Shown: positions 27,969-37,127 of the stretch, piece after piece
How positions within the stretch are numbered: position 1 is the stretch's first letter
How the letters are laid out: each line of letters begins with the position of its first letter
From: Pseudomonadota bacterium
GTDB taxonomy: Archaea; Thermoplasmatota; SW-10-69-26; JACQPN01; JAJPHT01
Direction of reading: 5' to 3'
NCBI GenBank assembly: GCA_021325135.1
Contig: JAJPHT010000012.1
Span: 1-62,286, forward strand
DNA length: 62,286 bases
Made by a program: the position numbers and the translations under genes
Notes under the pieces: model-generated
Told to the model about the DNA's origin: nothing
The model's input: only the letters and a program-made list of their open reading frames with translations
Databases searched by the model: none

Positions 27969-29183
27969 GTGACGAGCCCCCCCAGCATGGCGGACCCCGA
28001 CGACGAGCGCCAGCTTCACTCGGTGCCGCTGCCGCCCATGGTGCGCGACGCCGTGGAGCGCGAGCAGCAGCCCTCGCTCCCCACGGGCTCCGCGCGCATG
28101 GTCTACCTCTTTCTGGGGCTCATCCCGACGCTCCTCGTCGCCATCGTCGTCCTGGTGCGCGCGGGCGTCCTCACCAACGCCAGCAAGGGCGCGCACACGC
28201 CCTGGGACCTCTCCATCCTCTTCCTGGGCGCGGCCGCCACCATGGCGATGGCCGCCCTCGTCGCCTCGCGCACGCCCCTCCTCTACGCCCGCGCCCGCGG
28301 CCCCGGCATGGACAACAAGGCCGCCATGGCGGAGCTGGTGACGCTCCTCGTCACGATCCCCATCGCGTTCGTCGTCGCGGGGCTCTCCATCGCCGTCTGG
28401 AGCGGCGCGCTGGACGGCTTCGGCCTCTTCGCCGGCCGCCCCATGGCGCCCCCGCTCCTCGCGGGAGTGGCCATCCTCGTCGCGTGCGCGCCCACGGCCT
28501 ACTTCGCCTTCCTGCGCGACCGGAAGATCCACCAGATGGAGGAGCGCTTCCCCGACTTCCTGCGCGACCTCAACGAGAGCCACAACGCCGGCATGACCAT
28601 GGCGCAGGCCATCCGCGTCGCGTCGCGCGGAGACTACGGCAAGCTCAACGACGAGGTGCGGCGCATGGCGCACCAGGTGTCGTGGGGCACGCCCTTCCAG
28701 GACGCGCTCACCATGTTCTCGCAGCGCGTCGGGACGCCCCTCGTCACGCGCTCCGTCGCCCTCATGATCAAGGCCACGCAGGCGGGCGGCAACGTCAAGG
28801 ACGTCCTCTTCGCGGCGGCGCGCGACGCGCGCGAGATCAAGGCCGTCGAGGCCGAGCGCCGCGCCTCCATGCTCCTCTACGTCATCGTCGTGTACGTCGC
28901 CTTCGGCGTCTTCCTCGCCGTGACCGCCGCGCTCCAGGGGCTCCTCATCCCCAGCGTGCTGGGCTCCACGCAGTCCATCGGGAGCAACCTGGGCAACGGC
29001 CTCATCGTGAGCCACGGCATGACGCTCACCGACTTCCGCTACGTCTACTTCGGCGTCGGCCTCGTGCAGGCCATCGGCAGCGGCATGGTCGCGGGCGTCA
29101 TGAGCGAGGGCAACCTCCAGGCGGGGCTCAAGCACGCCTCCATCCTGGTGCTCCTCGCCATCGTGGGGCTCGGCTTCCTCTGA
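27969..29183 (+). CDS. TadC/FlaJ-like membrane platform protein
   Basis: EERFPDFLRDL..GM; YGKL..EV; GLKH. Confidence 0.9.
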   Translation: MTSPPSMADPDDERQLHSVPLPPMVRDAVEREQQPSLPTGSARMVYLFLGLIPTLLVAIVVLVRAGVLTNASKGAHTPWDLSILFLGAAATMAMAALVASRTPLLYARARGPGMDNKAAMAELVTLLVTIPIAFVVAGLSIAVWSGALDGFGLFAGRPMAPPLLAGVAILVACAPTAYFAFLRDRKIHQMEERFPDFLRDLNESHNAGMTMAQAIRVASRGDYGKLNDEVRRMAHQVSWGTPFQDALTMFSQRVGTPLVTRSVALMIKATQAGGNVKDVLFAAARDAREIKAVEAERRASMLLYVIVVYVAFGVFLAVTAALQGLLIPSVLGSTQSIGSNLGNGLIVSHGMTLTDFRYVYFGVGLVQAIGSGMVAGVMSEGNLQAGLKHASILVLLAIVGLGFL

Positions 29184-29240
29184 GGCCCATCCTTCGGTGG
29201 CGGGCCCAACGAAGCGTTCTCTGGCCCTTCACCAGGGGGC

Positions 29241-30026
29241 CTACCGGATGCGGCCCGCCGAGAAGGAGCCCACCACGTCGAAGGAGCGCTCGCCGAAGCG
29301 GTACTCCACCCAGCCGCGGTTCTCGGTGACGCCGATGCCGGTCACCTGGAGGAAGTTGGCGGGGCCGTCGGGGCGCACCTCGATCACGCCGTCGGAGAGG
29401 TGCTTGATGGTCTGCACCTCGGGGTCGCTGTGCATGCCCTGGTCCAGGAGCATCATGGTGGTGGCGCCCGCGCGCTTGGCCTTGCCCACGAGGACCTGGA
29501 GGAAGCGGAACGTCGTCTGCGCGTTGGTGTACGTGATGGTCGTGGAGACGCTGTCGTACACCATGCGGTGCGTGGGGTGGTCGCCGATGAGGCGCCGCTG
29601 CGCGTTGTTGACCGCCAGCGAGACGGCGTTGAGGTTCACGGGGCCGTCCACGTACTCGGCCTGCGCGAAGTCGTCCTCCGCGCCGATGCTCTTGCTGTAC
29701 GTGTCGACGAACTGGATGAGCCCCTCGCGCTCGTACTCGGGGTAGGCGGGGTCAAGCTGCGCGAGCTGCTGGCGCGCGTCGCTGGTGGCCGTGCTCGTGA
29801 GCACGAGGATGCCGGGGACGCCCTGGCGCAGGCCGTGGAGGAGGAAGAGGCGCGTGAGCAGCTCCTTGCCCAGGAAGGGGGGGCCGTAGACGAGCGTCAC
29901 GCTCGCGGCGGGCAGGCCCCCTTCCAGCAGGTCGTCCAGGCGCCGCACGCCGATCTCGACGCGCGGGGGAGGGGCGCCGCCGGTCGCGGTCGCGGTGGGG
30001 CGGTCGCCCGCGCGGCCGCCGGACAT
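29241..30026 (-). CDS. KaiC/RAD55-like ATPase with degenerate Walker A
   Basis: GVRRLDDLLEGGLP, GPPFLGKE, YDSVST, LSDGVIEV. Confidence 0.85.
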   Translation of the reverse strand: MSGGRAGDRPTATATGGAPPPRVEIGVRRLDDLLEGGLPAASVTLVYGPPFLGKELLTRLFLLHGLRQGVPGILVLTSTATSDARQQLAQLDPAYPEYEREGLIQFVDTYSKSIGAEDDFAQAEYVDGPVNLNAVSLAVNNAQRRLIGDHPTHRMVYDSVSTTITYTNAQTTFRFLQVLVGKAKRAGATTMMLLDQGMHSDPEVQTIKHLSDGVIEVRPDGPANFLQVTGIGVTENRGWVEYRFGERSFDVVGSFSAGRIR

Positions 30027-31204
30027 CACGCGGACACCCCCGCGGCGAGGATGAGGTCGACGAGCTCCTTGAGCACGCGGCGGCCGCTCTCTCGGTCCTG
30101 GCCCGAGCAGGGCACGATGCGCACGCCCCGGGGGACGGGGATCATGCGGGCGATCTCCTCGGGCGGGAGCGCGCCGGGGAGGTCCTGCTTGTTGGCGGCG
30201 ATGACGCCGGGAAGCCCCTGGCGCCACGTGAGGTTCATCATCTCCGCGGCGCGCGCGAAGGAGTCGGGCTTGGTGCTGTCGATGACGACGATGACGCCCA
30301 GCGCCTGCCCCGCGACGATGCGCAGGATGGGGTCGAAGCGCGCCTGGCCGGGAGTGCCGAAGACGTCGGCCGTGAGGCCGTCCAGGGTGACGCGGCCGTG
30401 GTCCAGCGCGACGGTCGTGCCAAGCTGGTCGACGGAGACGGCGGTGTCGCTGATGGCGTGCACGAAGCTCGACTTCCCGGCGTTGTACGGACCCGTGACG
30501 ACGATCTTCGGGATGAAGACGTGGACGCCGCCGGGCTTCAGCGAGCGGTAGAGGCGCGGCTTCGTGTCGACCTCGACGCGCCATCGCGCGCGCTCGACGC
30601 GGAAGTACTGCGAGATGGTGATGCGGTCCTCGACGCCCTTGAGCTGGACGACGCCGTCGAAGTCCTCCAGCATGCGCTCCACCGACGAGGGGTAGGGCCA
30701 GCGCGTGAAGAGCGACTCGGACCAGCGGAACTTCGCCATGGCGGACTGGAGGCGCGGCCAGGCGGCCTCGAACCGCTCGGCGCCCGCCTGGTCGACGAGG
30801 GTGGAGAGCGCGTCCACGACGAGCATGGCGTCGGGCGCCTCGCGCGCGGCGGCCTCCAGCACGCGCGCGAAGTCCAGGGGGTTCGACGGGTTCTGGACGA
30901 CGTGCTTCGCGTTGCTGGGCTGCGCCATGTGCGCGCTGAAGGCGTCCAGGAAGGCGAGGCGCTCCTTGTGGCCGTCCGCGTCGAGGCCCAGCGCCGCCAT
31001 GGCGTGGAGCACCGCCTCGGGCGCGCGGTTCGTGACCGCGTACACGACGCGCCCGCCTGCGGCGAGGTGCGCGTGCGCGCCCTGGTAGAGGAACGCCTCG
31101 GCCTCGACGCCGGGGTCGTTCACGAAGAGGAGGCTCGTGTGCTCGGGCATGGGGCAGATGAGCCGCTCCAGCTGCGGGACCCCCACCGCCTCCACCTGGG
31201 ACAA
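30026..31204 (-). CDS. Degenerate KaiC-like domain fused to an MglA-like small GTPase
   Basis: C-terminal GPYNAGKS, TTVALD, GTPGQARF, NKQD; N-terminal RecA-like VVDALSTL..FDGVVQL. Confidence 0.88.
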   Translation of the reverse strand: MSQVEAVGVPQLERLICPMPEHTSLLFVNDPGVEAEAFLYQGAHAHLAAGGRVVYAVTNRAPEAVLHAMAALGLDADGHKERLAFLDAFSAHMAQPSNAKHVVQNPSNPLDFARVLEAAAREAPDAMLVVDALSTLVDQAGAERFEAAWPRLQSAMAKFRWSESLFTRWPYPSSVERMLEDFDGVVQLKGVEDRITISQYFRVERARWRVEVDTKPRLYRSLKPGGVHVFIPKIVVTGPYNAGKSSFVHAISDTAVSVDQLGTTVALDHGRVTLDGLTADVFGTPGQARFDPILRIVAGQALGVIVVIDSTKPDSFARAAEMMNLTWRQGLPGVIAANKQDLPGALPPEEIARMIPVPRGVRIVPCSGQDRESGRRVLKELVDLILAAGVSA

Positions 31205-31576
31205 TCAACCACCCGCGAGGACCTTGCCCACTCCCTTGGCCGCCTCCTCGACGCGCGCGATCACCGCGGGGAGCGCGGCGTCCGTGCGCGCGGAGGCGAC
31301 GAGGAGCATCTCCCGCGTCGCGCCCACGACGACGATGAGCACCTTCTCGGTGGAGGCGACGATGCTGCGCGTGGCGCCGCCGTCAAGCTCGCGCAGCGCG
31401 ATCTCGGCTGCTCCCATGACGGTGGCGCTCATGGCGCTGAAGGTTTCCCTTGAGAGCTCCGTGCGGCCCGCGCTGCGCACGCAGAGGCCGTCCCTGGAGA
31501 CGAGGGCCGCGCCCAGGAAGCCTTCGCCCCGGGTCAGCTCCGCCAGCAGCGCGTCGACGCGCGTCGCGTGGTCCAT
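31205..31576 (-). CDS. Roadblock/LC7 (MglB-like) protein
   Basis: GAALVSRDGL..FSAMSATVMGAAE. Confidence 0.92.
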   Translation of the reverse strand: MDHATRVDALLAELTRGEGFLGAALVSRDGLCVRSAGRTELSRETFSAMSATVMGAAEIALRELDGGATRSIVASTEKVLIVVVGATREMLLVASARTDAALPAVIARVEEAAKGVGKVLAGG

Positions 31577-32115
31577 CAGCCGGACCGCCTCCGCGCGTTC
31601 ACGTCGCGCCCTTCCAGGAGGCGCGCCTCGAAGCGGCCGGCGCCTGCGGGCGTCGCGGCGGCGCGGCAGTTGAACACCTCGCCCAGGTAGCCCGCCAGGA
31701 GGCCCGACACGAAGGCGGACGAGACCTCCGCCGCGAGGGCGGGAGGTGGGGAGTGGACGAGGACGCCCTGGCGGTGGAACCAGGACTCGATGGCGACGCC
31801 GCCCCAGCCCGAGGCGAGGGTCGTGGCCGAGAGGATCGCGACGGCGCCCTGCACCGAATCCTCGTAGCAGCGGCGCGCGACCACGTGGCGGCCGATCTCG
31901 TCGCCGGCCTGCTCGAGGGCGGGCGCCGCGAGCGCGAGGTCCTGGGGGGAGAGCCCGCGCAGGGCCGCGAGGAGGGCCTGGTCCGCCTCGTCGCCGAAGG
32001 TGGGGCGCGCCCGCTGCGCGTGGCGCACTTCCAGGATGCGCTGGACGGCCTCCCTCACGCCCTGGATGGCAAGGGGCCCGTGGGCGGCGGCGTGGGAATC
32101 CCTGACGTCGGGCAC
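31576..32115 (-). CDS. V4R-like domain protein
   Basis: SGWG..GLLAGYLGEVF; TTAATA about 30 bp upstream of GTG 32115. Confidence 0.65.
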   Translation of the reverse strand: MPDVRDSHAAAHGPLAIQGVREAVQRILEVRHAQRARPTFGDEADQALLAALRGLSPQDLALAAPALEQAGDEIGRHVVARRCYEDSVQGAVAILSATTLASGWGGVAIESWFHRQGVLVHSPPPALAAEVSSAFVSGLLAGYLGEVFNCRAAATPAGAGRFEARLLEGRDVNARRRSG

Positions 32116-32245
32116 GGTGCTCCAGCCATCATGAAGTGGCCTAGTATTAAAGTCGTGGGAGTTGGCGCAGAAGGGCGGTGAGGCGAAGGCTATCGCCGCG
32201 GACGCGGCGCGACCCTTTATCCACGAAGAATCCCAAGGCCGGGCG

Positions 32246-33898
32246 GTGACGACGTCGCAGGCGGTCGAGGAGAAGGTCTTCGCCGCGGAGCAGGGGCTCG
32301 CAGGCCTCCGGCTTGCGATCATCGTCCTCAACTCCCTCGTCTACGCCTTCCTCCTGGACAAGGCGGGCACGATCCGGCCGCTGGCCTACGGCGTCATCGT
32401 CACGGCCAACGTCTACGGCATCGCCGTCGTGGCGTTCCAGCCCTACCGGCGCTTCCCAGTCCTCCTCTCCAGCTACTTCACCACGGCGCTGGACGCCATC
32501 TTCATCACCATCTGGCTCGTGGCGACGGGCGGCCTGGGCTCGGTCTTCTACCCGCTCTGGCTCGTGAGCGTCACCGCGGTCGCGTTCCGCTACGGGCTGG
32601 CCGAGACGGTGACCGCCGCGGCCGTCTACGTCGCCAGCGACCTCGCCATGGTCGTCCTCTCGGGCCAGGTCCCCGGCCACGCGGCGCTGGTCGTCGTGCG
32701 CGAGGCGTACCTCGTCTTCGTCGCCGCGGCGGGCGCCCTCTTCGCGCGCGAGAGCGTGAAGCAGACCGAGGAGGCCATCGAGATGCGCCGCCTCGCCGAG
32801 GCGTTGCGCGAGAGCGAGGAGCGCCTGCAACGCCTCTCCGACGCGGCCTTCGAGGGCATCGCCATCCACGACGGGAGCGGGCTCATCGTGGAGTCCAACG
32901 CGGCCTTCGCGCGCCTCTTCGGCTACGCACCCCCCGAGGTCGCGGGCCGGAGCGCCTTCGACCTCGTGGACCCCGACGACCACGTCCTCGTGCGCGACCG
33001 GCTGCTCCGGCCCCAGGACGAGCCCTATGAGGTGCGCGGCCGCCGCAAGGACGGGTCGCGCTTCGACCTGGAGATCACGGCGCGCGACTTCCCCTACGAG
33101 GGGCGCGCCATGCGCGTCGTCGCCGTGCGCGACGTGACCGAGCGCAAGCGCGCCGAGCGGGCGCTCCTGGAGAAGGCCGCGCTCCAGGCCACCAACGACC
33201 GCCTGCGCGAGATCGACGCCATGAAGACGCAGTTCATCAACAACGCCGCGCACGAGCTTGGCACGCCGCTCACGCCCATCAAGCTCCAGGCCCACCTGCT
33301 GCGCTCCGACGCCGCGCTCACCGCCAAGCAGCGCCGCAGCGTGGACGTGCTCAACCGCAACGTGGACCACCTCAGCCTCATGGTGCGCGACCTGCTGGAC
33401 GCCTCGCGCCTCCAGGCGGGGCGGCTCTCCCTGGAGCCCCGGCCGGTGGACGTCGCTCGGCTCGTCGAGGAGGCCGCGGAGAGCTTCGCCGAAGCGGCCC
33501 GGCAGGCGGGCGTCGACCTGCGTGCCCGCGCCGAGGGGCCCCTGGTGGTCAAGGCCGACGCGCCCCGCGTGACGCAGGTGCTCCTCAACCTCGTGGGCAA
33601 CGCGCTGAAGTTCACGCCCGCGGGCGGCTCCATCGAGGTGAGCGCCCAGCGGGAGGGGGACGAGGTGGTCCTCCGCGTGCGCGACACCGGCGCGGGGCTC
33701 TCCGAGGACCAGATCGAGCGCCTCTTCCGCCCCTTCAGCCAGGTGCACGACCGCACCGGCCTCTCCCACGGCGGGACGGGCCTGGGCCTCTTCATCAGCC
33801 GCGGCATCGTCGAGCAGCACGGCGGCCGCATCTGGGCCTCCTCCGAGGGGCCCGGGCTCGGGAGCACGTTCGGCTTCGCTTTGCCCTCCGCTGGCTAG
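32246..33898 (+). CDS. Membrane PAS sensor histidine kinase
   Basis: TMs; PAS/PAC (RKDGS); AHELGTPL, NALKF, GTGLGL. Confidence 0.95.
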   Translation: MTTSQAVEEKVFAAEQGLAGLRLAIIVLNSLVYAFLLDKAGTIRPLAYGVIVTANVYGIAVVAFQPYRRFPVLLSSYFTTALDAIFITIWLVATGGLGSVFYPLWLVSVTAVAFRYGLAETVTAAAVYVASDLAMVVLSGQVPGHAALVVVREAYLVFVAAAGALFARESVKQTEEAIEMRRLAEALRESEERLQRLSDAAFEGIAIHDGSGLIVESNAAFARLFGYAPPEVAGRSAFDLVDPDDHVLVRDRLLRPQDEPYEVRGRRKDGSRFDLEITARDFPYEGRAMRVVAVRDVTERKRAERALLEKAALQATNDRLREIDAMKTQFINNAAHELGTPLTPIKLQAHLLRSDAALTAKQRRSVDVLNRNVDHLSLMVRDLLDASRLQAGRLSLEPRPVDVARLVEEAAESFAEAARQAGVDLRARAEGPLVVKADAPRVTQVLLNLVGNALKFTPAGGSIEVSAQREGDEVVLRVRDTGAGLSEDQIERLFRPFSQVHDRTGLSHGGTGLGLFISRGIVEQHGGRIWASSEGPGLGSTFGFALPSAG

Positions 33899-33911
33899 GC
33901 TCCTTGGTCAG

Positions 33912-33964
33912 GGGTCCAAAGAACGCGACGGGCGCTCTTCGCGCCCGTCGCGTTCTTTGGACCC
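33912..33964. repeat. REP-like palindrome, short copy between convergent genes
   Basis: GGGTCCAAAGAACGCGACG..CGTCGCGTTCTTTGGACCC. Confidence 0.85.
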
Positions 33965-33981
33965 GCAAGACCCGGGAGATA

Positions 33982-34464
33982 TCAAGCCGAGTCGAGCCGG
34001 CGCCGGATGAGGTCCATGGAGCGCGCGAAGGAGCGGCTCCGCAGCTCGGCGGCGCGCTGCTCCTGCAAAAGGGAGCGCACGACCTCCAGGACCTTCTCGG
34101 CCTCGAAGGGCTTGGTGAAGAAGTTCTCCACGTTGGCGTCGTTGATGGCGCGGATGGCGATCTCCAGGTCGGGGAAGGCCGTGACGAGGATGCGGGGGAC
34201 GGAGGGGCCCTTCTTCGCCGCGCGGGCGAGAAACTCCAGGCCGTTCATGCCGGGCATCTTGTAGTCGGTGATGATGAGGTCCACCGTCTCGCGCTCCAGC
34301 ACGTCCAGGCCGTCGGCGCCGGAGGCCGCCGTGACGACCTCCACCTCCTCCAGGCAGGTCTCGAAAAGCGCCTTGAGGGACTCGCGGATGTCCTCCTCGT
34401 CGTCCACGACGAGGATGCGCTGCGCTCGGGCTGGGGCGTCCGGGCGCGGCTCGGCGGGCTCCAC
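33982..34464 (-). CDS. Response regulator receiver protein
   Basis: LVVDDE, TDYKMPGMNG, TKPF. Confidence 0.92.
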   Translation of the reverse strand: MEPAEPRPDAPARAQRILVVDDEEDIRESLKALFETCLEEVEVVTAASGADGLDVLERETVDLIITDYKMPGMNGLEFLARAAKKGPSVPRILVTAFPDLEIAIRAINDANVENFFTKPFEAEKVLEVVRSLLQEQRAAELRSRSFARSMDLIRRRLDSA

Positions 34465-34575
34465 GGAGGGAAATGAGGCGTCCAGCCCAAGAAGGGTTTG
34501 GTTTCTCCCGCGGGAAGGGCAACACAGGAAATCGCGGATGGTTCAAATACCGGGCTGCAAAAGAGGCAGGGCGTC

Positions 34576-34983
34576 ATGCGCGAGGCTCCCGCGGATACCG
34601 TCCAGCTCATCGCTGGCCTTCTCTCCCACATGAAGCAGATCGTGGGGGACGGTGCCGCCTACGCCATGCTCCACTACGGCGCGATGGAGGAGGGCAAGCG
34701 CTTCGGGGCGGCCGAGGCGAACAAGGGTCTCCCCGGCGTGCTGGAGCGCATCGACGCGATCCTCATGCACAAGTCCGAGATCGTGGAGGACTCGGAGGCC
34801 CTCGTCACGGTCCGCATCCACTCCTCGCAGCTCCTGGGCACCGGCCAGCGGGCCGTCCACGGCATCGTCCTGGGCCTGGTCGAAGGCGCGGTGACGAGCA
34901 CCCGGAAGGCGCGTTACAAGGGCACCGTGGTGCAGGCGGCCACTCCCGGCGAGATCACGCTGGAGCTGCGGAGGGAAGGGTGA
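34576..34983 (+). CDS. Small V4R-like protein
   Basis: ..EEGKRFG..HGIVLGLVEGA; coupled to the KaiC gene. Confidence 0.6.
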   Translation: MREAPADTVQLIAGLLSHMKQIVGDGAAYAMLHYGAMEEGKRFGAAEANKGLPGVLERIDAILMHKSEIVEDSEALVTVRIHSSQLLGTGQRAVHGIVLGLVEGAVTSTRKARYKGTVVQAATPGEITLELRREG

Positions 34984-37121
34984 CCTCAGTGGGCGCCAAC
35001 GGCCTCACGGTCTCGACGTTCTCCACGGGCGTCCCCAACCTCGACTCCCTCCTGGGCGGCGGGCTCCCGGCGAACACGCTGAACATCCTGGCGGGCGAGC
35101 CCGGCACAGGCAAGACCATCCTCGCGCAGCAGGCGATGTTCCACTACGTCAAGGAGCACCCGGACGCCCGCGTGCTCTACCTCACGACGCTCTCCGAGCC
35201 GGCGATGAAGGTCATCCGCTATCTCCAGAGCTTCGAGTTCTACGACCCGGACGCCTTCGGAACGCGCGTCGTCTACCGCGACGTGGGCGGCTTCCTGCGC
35301 GAGCACCCGACGCGCGAGCTCCTGGAGGAGATCGTGCGCCTCGTGGAGGAGTACAACCCCGCGCTCCTCTGCATCGACTCGTTCAAGGCGATCCGCGACC
35401 TCATGCCCAACTCCGAGGAGTTCCGCCGCTTCTGCTACGACCTCTCGGTGCGGCTCTCCAGCGCCGCGTGCACGACGCTCCTCCTGGGCGAGTACGAGGA
35501 CGTGGACTCCGCGGACGGCGCCGAGTTCGCGGTGGCGGACGGCATCGTGCAGATGCGCCGCGGCACGCTGAACGGCGAGCCCCAGCGCATGATCCGCGTG
35601 AAGAAGATGCGCGGCCAGCCCATGAACATGGGCGAGTTCCCCTTCGCCATCTCCAGCGCGGGCATCCACGTCTACACGCCCGCGCTCCTCATCGACCAGA
35701 TGCCGGCCCTGAAGGAGGAGGTCGAGCGGATCGCCACGGGCGTCCCCGGCCTCGACGACCTCCTGCACGGCGGGCTCCAGCGCGGCCGCAGCGTGATGCT
35801 CTCGGGCGTCTCGGGCAGCGGCAAGACGACGCTCGCGCTCCAGTTCCTCATCGAAGGCGCGAAGCGCGGCGAGCGCGGCATCCTCTACTCCTTCGAGGAG
35901 ACCGAGGAGCGCCTCGTGGCCCTGGCGACGCGCTTCGGCTGGGACCTGAAGCCCTACCTCGCCTCCGGGCTCATCCGCCTCATCGCGCGCCCCCTGACCG
36001 AGGTGCGCGTGGACATGGACCTGGAGCGGATGGCCACCGAGGTCGAGCGCCTGCGCCCGCAGCGCGTCGTCATGGACTCCTTCAGCGTCTTCCTCCACAA
36101 GATCGACGACCACGCGATGCAGCGCGACGTCGCGTTCCAGGTCGCGCGCATGATCGCCCGCGGCGGCGCCATCGCGCTGCTCATCAGCGACATCCCCAGC
36201 CACGAGCCCAACCGCGTCAGCCGCTTCGGCGTGGAGGAGACCGTCGTCGACGGCACCATCGTCCTCTCCACCGAGCTTCGCGCGGGCAAGCGCGTGCGCT
36301 ACATCGAGGTCTACAAGATGCGGGCGGTCGACCACGTGCGTGGCCGCCACCGCATGGAGATCGGCGAGGGGGGCATCCGCGTCTTCTACCGCGCGCCCGA
36401 GCACGGCGACGCGGGAAGCTCCGCCGTCATCTCGTACTCGCCCATGGAGGGCATCGTCGACGCCGACGTGCCCTACGACCACTCGTGGCTCGTGCGCGGC
36501 GGGCCCGGCTCAGGCAAGTCGGTCTGGGCCGTGCAGTTCGCCGTGGAGCGCCTGCGCAGCGGCGAGGCCGTCCTCTTCGTCGCGACCGAGGCGGGCAGCC
36601 GCACCATCCTCTCCAGCATGGAGCGGCTCGGCCTCCTCACCGAGCCCTACCTTGAGGCGGGCCAGCTAGTCGTCAAGAGCGCGGAGGACGACCCCGAGCT
36701 TGACATCGACGATCCCGAGAGCTTCTTCAACACGATCACGCTCTGGCTGGACGCGATGCCCAAGCCCTGCGCGCGCATCCTCGACAGCCTCACGCCCCTC
36801 ATGGTGGGCATGACGCCCGACGAGTTCAAGGCCATGCTGACGAAGCGGCGCCTCTTCGCGCGCAACGACGTGTCCCTGCTCGACACGGTCATGGCGTCCT
36901 CCGACCAGCTCCAGCCCTACCTGACGAACCACTTCGACGTGGTGATCGACCTCTACACGCCCGACTGGGGCGACCTGCGCGGCGCCGACGACCGCGGCCG
37001 GCCGGTGATGCGCGTCGTCAAGGCGCGCGGCGTCCGCGTGGACACCCGGCCCTACCCGTTCCGCATCTCCAAGGAGGGCGGCGTCGTCGTGCAGAAGGAT
37101 TTCTACGGCGCAAGGAGCTGA
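34980..37121 (+). CDS. KaiC-family ATPase with three RecA-like domains
   Basis: Walker A motifs GEPGTGKT, GVSGSGKT, GGPGSGKS; KMR/KAR fingers. Confidence 0.92.
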   Translation: MTSVGANGLTVSTFSTGVPNLDSLLGGGLPANTLNILAGEPGTGKTILAQQAMFHYVKEHPDARVLYLTTLSEPAMKVIRYLQSFEFYDPDAFGTRVVYRDVGGFLREHPTRELLEEIVRLVEEYNPALLCIDSFKAIRDLMPNSEEFRRFCYDLSVRLSSAACTTLLLGEYEDVDSADGAEFAVADGIVQMRRGTLNGEPQRMIRVKKMRGQPMNMGEFPFAISSAGIHVYTPALLIDQMPALKEEVERIATGVPGLDDLLHGGLQRGRSVMLSGVSGSGKTTLALQFLIEGAKRGERGILYSFEETEERLVALATRFGWDLKPYLASGLIRLIARPLTEVRVDMDLERMATEVERLRPQRVVMDSFSVFLHKIDDHAMQRDVAFQVARMIARGGAIALLISDIPSHEPNRVSRFGVEETVVDGTIVLSTELRAGKRVRYIEVYKMRAVDHVRGRHRMEIGEGGIRVFYRAPEHGDAGSSAVISYSPMEGIVDADVPYDHSWLVRGGPGSGKSVWAVQFAVERLRSGEAVLFVATEAGSRTILSSMERLGLLTEPYLEAGQLVVKSAEDDPELDIDDPESFFNTITLWLDAMPKPCARILDSLTPLMVGMTPDEFKAMLTKRRLFARNDVSLLDTVMASSDQLQPYLTNHFDVVIDLYTPDWGDLRGADDRGRPVMRVVKARGVRVDTRPYPFRISKEGGVVVQKDFYGARS

Positions 37122-37127
37122 GGGGCC

